Source: Actinomycetes bacterium (GTDB taxonomy: Bacteria > Actinomycetota > Aquicultoria > CAJVYJ01 > JAUVQD01). From it: 47,065 nucleotides of DNA. Position numbers and translations under genes: made by a program. The notes under the pieces are model-generated. The model made no database searches, had not been told where the DNA came from, and saw only the letters and a list, made by a program, of their open reading frames with translations. The stretch is from positions 1-47,065 of the forward strand of contig JAUWRD010000002.1 in assembly GCA_030610765.1 (NCBI GenBank). The letters run 5' to 3'. Positions 17,538-24,826 of this stretch are shown piece after piece (within the stretch, counting starts at the first letter, position 1; each line of letters starts with the position of its first letter).

Positions 17538-18362
17538 TTAGTTTGCGAGTGCGTATACTTCGCCGGTCTGACTATCCATAACAACAATCCAGCCAGCAGT
17601 TGCCTTCCATTTATTGACAGCTCTTCTAAGCTCTACCTGAGCCTTATATTGAATCTCCTTGTCTAGCGTTAAAATCAAGTCGCGACCGTGTGTGGGAGGG
17701 AGATACTTGTACTCTCCTCCTGGTATAGGTCTGCCAACTAAGTCTTGCTCCATTATCAGTTGGCCCGGTTTGCCTTTTAAATACGAGTCAAAACTTTGTT
17801 CAACGCCATTCAATCCATCGTTGTCCATTCCAGCAAAGCCAATTACATGCGCGGCAATTGCCTTTCCGGGGTAAAAACGCTTACTTTCAGGAATAAAACC
17901 TATCCCCTCGATATTGAGGTTTTTAATTTTAGCGATAACGTTCTTGTCTACTTTTCGTTTGATGTATACGAAACCGAGCTTCATCTTCAATTTTTTATAA
18001 AGCGACCTTCTGCTCAGCTTGAGAATGGGCGCTAAGCGCCTGGCCACAACCCTTTTCTGGTAACCCTTGATCTGCAGGGGATTCGCGAAAACGGTATCTT
18101 TGTCGAGACTTATCGATAATATCTCACGATTTCTGTCGTATATGATGCCTCGCTCAGGCACCAACTTAATCGTCGTTAATCTCTGGTTCTGGGCCATTTG
18201 ATCGAACTTTTCCGCTTTTACAGCTTGGATTGAAACCAAGCGGACGCCAATGGTAAGTAAAAAGAATATTAGTAAAAGAAATAAAAAAGGAAACCTGTCT
18301 CTAGGCTTCCTTTTCCGTCTATTTTTCTTCCGGGTTCCGGGGAAGAAAGCTATCTTCTTCAC
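17538..18362 (-). CDS. ftsI: Class B penicillin-binding protein FtsI/PBP2B, N-terminal TM anchor plus dimerisation-domain part, ending at an in-frame TAA
   Basis: It has a basic N-terminus, one TM helix, a PBP dimer-domain-like sequence (RGIIYDRN, HVIGF) and ends ...SQTGEVYALAN-TAA. This is the position where FtsI homologues continue with xP(S/T)(Y/F)NPN. Confidence 0.85.
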   Translation of the reverse strand: MKKIAFFPGTRKKNRRKRKPRDRFPFLFLLLIFFLLTIGVRLVSIQAVKAEKFDQMAQNQRLTTIKLVPERGIIYDRNREILSISLDKDTVFANPLQIKGYQKRVVARRLAPILKLSRRSLYKKLKMKLGFVYIKRKVDKNVIAKIKNLNIEGIGFIPESKRFYPGKAIAAHVIGFAGMDNDGLNGVEQSFDSYLKGKPGQLIMEQDLVGRPIPGGEYKYLPPTHGRDLILTLDKEIQYKAQVELRRAVNKWKATAGWIVVMDSQTGEVYALAN

Positions 18363-18803
18363 CTACCTAGCCAGAAGGCTTATCTTAGCCAAAACTGTAT
18401 TCACTTTTTCCTGACCTTTCGGGGTATGTGGTGCCTTAGACGCTGTCACAAGGTCGGCCGGCAGCACAATGTATTTTATTTCCGTCGGCTCTACCATCCC
18501 TAAATCAATCCTGGCTAACCGCCCCAATCGTGATGGAGACTTCAGCAGCATTTTTTGCGTCTCAAGGTCTTTGCTTATCCGTGCCTCCTCTTTTATTTCT
18601 ACTTTAAGGCGCGCAATCTCTATCCCATTTTGAGCAACTAATGCCTGCTGGTAGACATGGGCAAATGCTGCTAAACCAACAAAGACTAAAACAAAAATAA
18701 AAATCCTAAAACTGAACTGTTTCCTTTTAGTCCGGGTTTTTTCCGGCACAGGATACGCAAAGTCATCTGTTATTTCAGAATATATATTTCTAGCTGCTTC
18801 CAT
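18363..18803 (-). CDS. ftsL: FtsL-like cell division protein (bitopic, coiled coil)
   Basis: It has a single TM (FRIFIFVLVFVGLAAFAHV) followed by a coiled-coil-like segment. Its position between rsmH and ftsI fits. Confidence 0.7.
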   Translation of the reverse strand: MEAARNIYSEITDDFAYPVPEKTRTKRKQFSFRIFIFVLVFVGLAAFAHVYQQALVAQNGIEIARLKVEIKEEARISKDLETQKMLLKSPSRLGRLARIDLGMVEPTEIKYIVLPADLVTASKAPHTPKGQEKVNTVLAKISLLAR

Positions 18804-19746
18804 TGTCTACCTTTTCCGCGACGCGGAGTCTCGCGCTCCGGGCTCTTGGGTTAGCCTCGACCTCAGCCGCTGACGGCCGAATCGGTCTGGTCGTCACTAT
18901 TCGCAGATCGGGTTTCTTGTTGCAGACACAAATAGCGATTTCGGGCGGACATGTACAGCCCAAGGCCTGAGCTCTGAATTCTTTTTTGACTATTCTATCT
19001 TCAAGCGAATGATATGAAATAACTGCTATTCGACCCCCGACATTTAACCATTTCGGCATAGCTTCCAGCGCTTTCCTGAGGGCTCCAAGCTCCTGGTTTA
19101 CTTCTATTCGCAAAGCTTGAAACGTCCGCTTTGCCGGATGCCCCCCTCGTCGCCTGGCCGCGGCTGGAATTGCCGCCTTAATCAAATCTACAAGCTGTCC
19201 TGTCGTCGTGATCCTGTCTCGAGCACGCGCTTCAACAATAAACTTGGCTATCCGACCGGCCCAACGCTCTTCCCCGTAATCCCTAATAACTTGTGTAAGT
19301 TGGGCTTCCGGGTAGTCATTGATTATGTCCACCGCGGAAATTGAGCCACTTTGATTAAACCTCATGTCAAGAGGGCCATCATTTTGATAAGAAAACCCTC
19401 TTGACTCTCTAGCTAGTTGAAGTGACGACAATCCTAGATCCAACAAAAATCCGTCGACTCCCAAAATCCCAACGCTTTGCAAGGCTTCATCTATGTTCGC
19501 GAAGTTGCCTTGGTAAATTTCAAAATGTCGGCCGAAGCTCTTTAATCTGGCTCGAGCTACGTCTATTGCTTCTTTGTCTTGGTCAATCCCAAGCAGAAAC
19601 CCATTTGGTGCAATTAATCTTAATATCGTTTCCGAGTGTCCTGCCCCGCCTAAAGTGCAGTCTACAATGGTAGAATCACTGGTACAGTTGAGCCTCGAAA
19701 CGACTTCAGCCGACAAAACTGATGTATGCGAATATTCCATTTTCAA
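18790..19746 (-). CDS. rsmH: 16S rRNA (cytosine1402-N4)-methyltransferase RsmH/MraW
   Basis: It has the SAM motif DCTLGGAGHS and the conserved DLGLSS and SYHSLEDR motifs. Confidence 0.96.
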   Translation of the reverse strand: MKMEYSHTSVLSAEVVSRLNCTSDSTIVDCTLGGAGHSETILRLIAPNGFLLGIDQDKEAIDVARARLKSFGRHFEIYQGNFANIDEALQSVGILGVDGFLLDLGLSSLQLARESRGFSYQNDGPLDMRFNQSGSISAVDIINDYPEAQLTQVIRDYGEERWAGRIAKFIVEARARDRITTTGQLVDLIKAAIPAAARRRGGHPAKRTFQALRIEVNQELGALRKALEAMPKWLNVGGRIAVISYHSLEDRIVKKEFRAQALGCTCPPEIAICVCNKKPDLRIVTTRPIRPSAAEVEANPRARSARLRVAEKVDNGSS

Positions 19747-19752
19747 ATTGCG

Positions 19753-20184
19753 TTAGAGGCCGATGTCTGCCAATTCTTCGGCTGTGTCCTCGTACGACTT
19801 TTCTGCCTCAGCTACATATTTCTGCCAGTTGGACTTTGACCACAGCTCCAACCGGTTTGAAACCCCAACGATAACAACATCTTTCCGCAGGTCTGCATAT
19901 TCTCGCAAGTGACCCGGTATAACAACTCGCCCATTCTTATCAGGTACTTCCTCGCTTGCTCCGCCAAAAAAGAACCTGGAAACCTGCCTGGCGTCTTTCT
20001 TCAACAACTGCATCGAAGAGATTTTCTCCTCAATCCCCGACCACTCAGCTTTTGAAAATACAAAAAGGCAATTTTCAAAACCCTTCGTGACAATCAAACC
20101 GTCCGCCAATAACTCCCTAAACTTAGCTGGTAATATAATTCGGTTTTTGTCGTCGACCGTATGTTGAAACTCGCCTAGAAACAT
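19753..20184 (-). CDS. mraZ: Transcriptional regulator MraZ
   Basis: The canonical start MFLGEFQHTVDDKNRIILPAKFRE is at the ATG at 20184, preceded by GGTGGAGAAG. There is a second DxxxR repeat, DKNGRVVIPGHLRE. The 31 codons upstream in the track ORF look non-coding. Confidence 0.92.
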   Translation of the reverse strand: MFLGEFQHTVDDKNRIILPAKFRELLADGLIVTKGFENCLFVFSKAEWSGIEEKISSMQLLKKDARQVSRFFFGGASEEVPDKNGRVVIPGHLREYADLRKDVVIVGVSNRLELWSKSNWQKYVAEAEKSYEDTAEELADIGL

Positions 20185-20326
20185 TTCTCTTCTCCACCAA
20201 GGCAGCCAATAATGATCTAGCGGCTTTGGTAATGAGCGAAAGATTACTGACACCCAGAGGAGCCATTTCCGCAACACTCATATAGTAATTCTTCACCGGA
20301 AAACCATATTTGTTAATCATTTCTGC

Positions 20327-20358
20327 TCCACTCTAATCCACTTTAATCCACATTGCAA
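20327..20358 (-). promoter_or_regulatory. Predicted dcw (Pmra-like) promoter overlapped by three MraZ-box-like repeats
   Basis: The minus strand reads TTGCAA-tgtGGAttaaagtGGAt-TAGAGT. The -35 is at 20353..20358 and the -10 at 20330..20335, with a 17-nt spacer. GTGGA repeats occur at exactly 10-bp spacing (plus-strand TCCAC at 20327, 20337 and 20347). Confidence 0.55.
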
Positions 20359-20478
20359 CACTTTTTTGCAAAAGTTTCACCAGTTTTCGAAGTTTTTCTA
20401 GTTTTTAAAGAAACATAGGAACTAATCGGCAGTTAGGAGCATGTGTAGCAAGTGGGAGGGCTAGATCAATGAATCAGT

Positions 20479-22542
20479 TTAGAGCTCGATCAGGTTGCCC
20501 GGCCAATCCTTAAAGCTGTTGTTATGAGAAAAGAAAATGATTTGGCGTGTCGCCGCCAGTTTGAGAACAATATCTCGGGCGGCTTTGAAACGATCATCAT
20601 CAAAATAGACAAGGGGGTCGTCAAGAATTAGTGGCGGCTTTGCTTCTCCGCTAATCAAGTCAGCCGCGGCTAAACGGACAGCGAAATACAACTGGTCGGC
20701 AGTGGCAGTGCTTAAGGCGTCAGGGCTTATCGTTACTTCCTCATCGAAAACTGTCAGCGTGAGGTTGCCTTCCAGGCCCACCTTACTATGTCGACCGCCT
20801 GTCAAAGCGCTTAAAAGCTCTGAAGCCGCGCCGGCGATCTGAGGAGCTACTTCGCCAGAGATTTCAGCCGCTATTTCTAATATCTCCTGAGCGGCTAGCG
20901 AAAGAGCTTTGGCGTGCCGTTTTGAGCCCTCTAGTTGATCAGATATGTAATTGAGCTCGGATGCTAAGTCAACGATAGATCGCCCTGAAATCTCGGTGTG
21001 GGAAGACAATCGACCAATCAATGTGTCATGTGTCTGACGTAATGTTGCCACCTCTGGGCTAAGATATGACACCTCGCGCTCGTGAGTAAATATCTCTTCT
21101 GTCGACAGATCAGCTTTTGTAGCTTTCTTGAGCTGAAGTTCGAGCGAATGTGTTTGATCAAAAAGATTATCAAATTCCTTGGATAGCTCTTCAAGGGAAC
21201 TGCCCTCCAACATAATAGAATCTGCATATTCAATATTGCCTAACTCCTTGGCGAGGCTTTCGCACTTGTTTTGCTGTGCCAGGAAACTCTCTAAGCCGGC
21301 GGCGCCAACCTTTGACAACTCTTCGTTTATCTCGCCTGTCAACCGCTCGACCTCTTCTTTCAGGTAGCTCTCCAAATCCTCGGCAGTGCTTGTCCTTGAT
21401 TTCAGCAACTTTAGCCCAGCAGCAGCCCCGACCAAACCAAGAATAATTGCCGCTACCCCAAGAAAAACCTGGCTTAAAACGACTAGGATAATTCCGACCA
21501 ACAACGCCGCTACCGCCGGCACAAAAGCGAAAATCGCATACTTCTTTTTAGTTTCCGCTTCCGTTCGACCATCGTCAGCGGCCACGCCCATCTTGATCTG
21601 TTTCTCTTTTAATATCTCGGCCTTGTGTTTCAACGCGGCGGCATCGACTGCCGATATCTCTTTGTAGTTGTCCAGGTGCTCCATCTCTTTATTGATTTCG
21701 CCGAGCCTCTCCCGGTCAGCTTTTAAGCGCTCTATCTTCATGCGTAGTTTCTTGCGCCCGTCGCTCAACTTGTCAAGCTCTACTTCCAAGACGCGTCTAG
21801 CCTGAACAGCATCTATTAATTCCTTGACCAGCTTAAGCCGGGCGGTTTTTTTTACCAATAACTCCTGGGTTTCCTCAAGCTCTGCCGCCCATTGATCGCG
21901 CTGACTTTTTATCTGCTCGGCCTGAGCCATCTCACGCCTGATGTCTACCTCTTGAGCCAGAAGGGCTCCAATTTGGCCGCCCTCACCTTTCTGGGCAATC
22001 GTCCCGGCTAATCGTTTATATTTTTCTTTTAGAACCTTTTGGGCTTTGGTTATCGAGCCGCCGGCGCTTCCGACTAAAAGAGATTCAACTCTGGCTCGAA
22101 GCGCGGGTTCGATTCCGACCAGATCGGGCGCTAACTCGCCGGCGCGCACAAAGACTGTATTTAAGAAAGTTTCAGCTTTGTCCAATCCGAGGTGTCGTCC
22201 GACAAGCCCTTGCACCTTAGTGGGGCCTTTGGCTTGAACTTCCCCTCCTTGCAGCTGCACTAAGCTGACTTCACCTTTAGCTAAATCTCGAACAAGCGAC
22301 CAGACCGTCTTGTCTGGAAGCTCGTATTCAACTGTAACAACGCAGCTCGGATTGGCATTCCCCCAATTTTTCCACCGCTCATAGCCTTTGCGTTCACCGA
22401 AAAAAGCAGTCTTTAACGCTGATTGAATAGTGCTCTTGCCGCTCTCATTAGCCCCAATTATCAGATTCAGACCCGGGTTAAGCTCAACTCTGGACTCTTG
22501 GAAGCTCCCGAAGTTATTTAGTTCAATAGCGGTTATGATCAT
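20479..22542 (-). CDS. Rad50/SbcC-like AAA ATPase (YhaN/SbcE-like) with a central transmembrane hairpin
   Basis: It has an N-terminal Walker A (IIGANESGKST), long Glu/Lys/Leu-rich coiled-coil regions and a C-terminal Walker B/D-loop (PPLILDDPLVYFDD). Residues ~335-379 (YAIFAFVPAVAALLVGIILVVLSQVFLGVAAIILGLVGAAAGL) form two hydrophobic helices. It overlaps the upstream phosphoesterase gene by 4 nt. Confidence 0.8.
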   Translation of the reverse strand: MIITAIELNNFGSFQESRVELNPGLNLIIGANESGKSTIQSALKTAFFGERKGYERWKNWGNANPSCVVTVEYELPDKTVWSLVRDLAKGEVSLVQLQGGEVQAKGPTKVQGLVGRHLGLDKAETFLNTVFVRAGELAPDLVGIEPALRARVESLLVGSAGGSITKAQKVLKEKYKRLAGTIAQKGEGGQIGALLAQEVDIRREMAQAEQIKSQRDQWAAELEETQELLVKKTARLKLVKELIDAVQARRVLEVELDKLSDGRKKLRMKIERLKADRERLGEINKEMEHLDNYKEISAVDAAALKHKAEILKEKQIKMGVAADDGRTEAETKKKYAIFAFVPAVAALLVGIILVVLSQVFLGVAAIILGLVGAAAGLKLLKSRTSTAEDLESYLKEEVERLTGEINEELSKVGAAGLESFLAQQNKCESLAKELGNIEYADSIMLEGSSLEELSKEFDNLFDQTHSLELQLKKATKADLSTEEIFTHEREVSYLSPEVATLRQTHDTLIGRLSSHTEISGRSIVDLASELNYISDQLEGSKRHAKALSLAAQEILEIAAEISGEVAPQIAGAASELLSALTGGRHSKVGLEGNLTLTVFDEEVTISPDALSTATADQLYFAVRLAAADLISGEAKPPLILDDPLVYFDDDRFKAARDIVLKLAATRQIIFFSHNNSFKDWPGNLIEL

Positions 22543-23630
22543 TTTTGGAGCCGCCCTTCAAGGGCCGCCAACCCCAACCTTGTGGCTAGGTTTATTACGC
22601 TTTTCTCGTCAACGTCGTCCGTCGCAATCGTCCTCTCTTGCATTCTCGTCAGAAACTTAGCTCTAATGGTTCTTTCTTCAGACCGGATCTCGCTCGCTGG
22701 CATCTCCAAGCTATCTCTTATATCAAGATAAAAGAATTTCTCTTCAAGTACGGCAATCAACGCCTCGATGTCAACATTAAGGTCAAGGGAAGGCGTCCCC
22801 TTCAGCACTACCTTTACCAAATCTTTCGGACCGCCAAGCGCGGCTATAGCTGTCTCCACTTCATGAGGGTTTGACATGATAGTGCAGTCAATATCGTGTC
22901 GCCGAAAACCGTATTGTCCGAGATTTAGTTGCCTGACGCGAACCGGGCCGTCGCCCATTTCAATCAAAGTGACAGATCGTCGCGGAGACTCGTCAAAGCA
23001 GAGGCTCTCAGGAGACCCACAGTAATAGGCAACGCTCTGCCCCACGCGACCAAAATTATGATAGTGGCCGAGCGCTAAGTACTGGACGGGTAGATCAGCT
23101 GTGTCTGCTTCTGAAAAAGGATAAGAATGGAGTCCCTCATAAAATCCTAGTTTGTGAGCGCCATGCATCACTCCAATTTCAGCGCTGACCTTTAAGTCTT
23201 TCAAGACATTTTTCTCGTCTCCGGCGGCATGACAGGCGATTCCGGCCACCGTGATTCCGCTCGCCTCCAATTTCTGAATAGCCCAGCTATTGTCCCGAAA
23301 TAACATTACATTCTCCGGCCAATCAGGCTGATCCCAAATTCCTCCAGGTTGATAAATATCGTGATTGCCGGGCACGATAACTACCTGGACCTGCCCGGTG
23401 ACCCTACTAAATTGCTCAATAGCAAAAGCGACAGTTTCCGGGAGAGGATTAGGGTTGTTGAAAAGATCGCCCGCGACAATCAAAACATCGGCTTGCTTTT
23501 CCAAAGTTAGCTCGATGATTTGTGTAAGAGTTGATTTAATAGCTTGTTTTTTTATGGCTCGCTTCGGGGCGGCAAGATACGCAAATGGTTCATCGAGGTG
23601 TAGATCGCCTGTATGAATTACCCGAATCAT
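22539..23630 (-). CDS. Mre11/SbcD-like metallophosphoesterase (YhaO/SbcF-like)
   Basis: It carries the calcineurin-like phosphoesterase motifs IHTGDLHLD, GDLF, GNHD and GHYH. It is translationally coupled to the Rad50-like ATPase. Confidence 0.85.
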   Translation of the reverse strand: MIRVIHTGDLHLDEPFAYLAAPKRAIKKQAIKSTLTQIIELTLEKQADVLIVAGDLFNNPNPLPETVAFAIEQFSRVTGQVQVVIVPGNHDIYQPGGIWDQPDWPENVMLFRDNSWAIQKLEASGITVAGIACHAAGDEKNVLKDLKVSAEIGVMHGAHKLGFYEGLHSYPFSEADTADLPVQYLALGHYHNFGRVGQSVAYYCGSPESLCFDESPRRSVTLIEMGDGPVRVRQLNLGQYGFRRHDIDCTIMSNPHEVETAIAALGGPKDLVKVVLKGTPSLDLNVDIEALIAVLEEKFFYLDIRDSLEMPASEIRSEERTIRAKFLTRMQERTIATDDVDEKSVINLATRLGLAALEGRLQK

Positions 23631-23674
23631 TAGCTACCTGCAGATTCTTGATTTGACAAGGTCTTGTTCCATTT

Positions 23675-24826
23675 TTAAAATAGCGTGTTAGACTCTTTCG
23701 ACTCCGAAGACTCCGAAGACTCCAATTTTGTTCGCTTGGACGACAATCCAGAGATTTTATTATTCGCCGGTGGCCCCAGATACAAAAAGTCGCTGAACAT
23801 TGACTGGTAATCTGTCCACTCAACATCATCGCCATATTTTTTTGCTATCAGCATCCACCCGTTTACCTTGGCATCGGCATTATCAACAATGTTTAGGATA
23901 ACGGCTTCCCTGGTCTTTGGTCTGACGGCCGCGCCATATTCGGGCTCCCCCTGGTGGCTCAATATTAAGTGTGACAAGTTTAGTTTAGTTTCCTCCGGAA
24001 AATCTTTTACGGATTCAACAGCCTTCGCCACGATTTGATCACCTATGACTATGTGACCCTTCAAGCGACCTTCAGTTGAATAGTCGATGCGATTACTGTA
24101 GTTAAACTCGCGAATTTTACCAATATCGTGAAGAAGAGCCCCTGCTATCAGAAGGGATTTATTTATGCCAGGATAATGATCGCACATCAACAGCGCCAGC
24201 TGCGCTACCGAGACCGAGTGCTCCAGAAGCCCGCCCAAATATGAATGGTGATAATTCTTGGCGGCCGGAGCGAGGCAAAAAGATTCCATCATCTGTGAAT
24301 CGTTAAATATCTTGTCAAGCAACTTCTTGATATGAGGGTCGTCGACTTTATCTCTGACGCTATTCAGCTCTTCTTTTAGCTGACCAACGTCCCGGTCGGT
24401 CACAGGCAAAAAATCTCGAATATCCAGGTCGTCCGGACCGATTTTGCGAACTTGATTTAGAACTGTTTCAACGCGTTTAGAATACCTGTTAACCGCTGCC
24501 TTACCGCTGATATCGGCGAAATCACCGGCCTTCAGAACCCGGCTGTCGGGATTCTTTTCCATCGTCTCTTCCCACATCACTGACTCTATCTGACCTGTCT
24601 TATCGCCTAGAACCAGCTTGAGGTAAGCTTTATTTGCCTTCGTAAACCGTTGATGGGCAGAATCAATTAAAAATACGCCTTCAACAGACGTACCTTCCAC
24701 TATATCTTCTACAAATGTTTTCTTCACTGTAGACCACCATGTTTGCTTAACTTTAGAGGATATAGCATGCGCCCAAAGCCTACAAGAATCTCTTCTTGAA
24801 TTCTCGAACCTGTCGAGCATAGCCAA
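23675..24826 (-). CDS. yhaM: 3'-5' exoribonuclease YhaM-like (OB-fold plus HD domain)
   Basis: It aligns along its length with B. subtilis YhaM from memory: an OB-fold N-terminus, AAKNYHHSYLGGLLEHS, LHDIGK, LSHQG and DNADAK. The true start may be the GTG at 24727 (VKKTFVEDI), which removes the overlap with the channel gene. Confidence 0.85.
   Translation of the reverse strand: MAMLDRFENSRRDSCRLWAHAISSKVKQTWWSTVKKTFVEDIVEGTSVEGVFLIDSAHQRFTKANKAYLKLVLGDKTGQIESVMWEETMEKNPDSRVLKAGDFADISGKAAVNRYSKRVETVLNQVRKIGPDDLDIRDFLPVTDRDVGQLKEELNSVRDKVDDPHIKKLLDKIFNDSQMMESFCLAPAAKNYHHSYLGGLLEHSVSVAQLALLMCDHYPGINKSLLIAGALLHDIGKIREFNYSNRIDYSTEGRLKGHIVIGDQIVAKAVESVKDFPEETKLNLSHLILSHQGEPEYGAAVRPKTREAVILNIVDNADAKVNGWMLIAKKYGDDVEWTDYQSMFSDFLYLGPPANNKISGLSSKRTKLESSESSESKESNTLF

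Noticed and set aside
20185-20320. The N-terminal extension of mraZ (track start 20277) and the overlapping 65-aa ORF at 20123..20320.
   Set aside because: MraZ proteins start at MFxG..., which here has its own SD at 20184. The upstream codons encode a Trp/Leu-rich, non-conserved sequence and overlap the 5' UTR.
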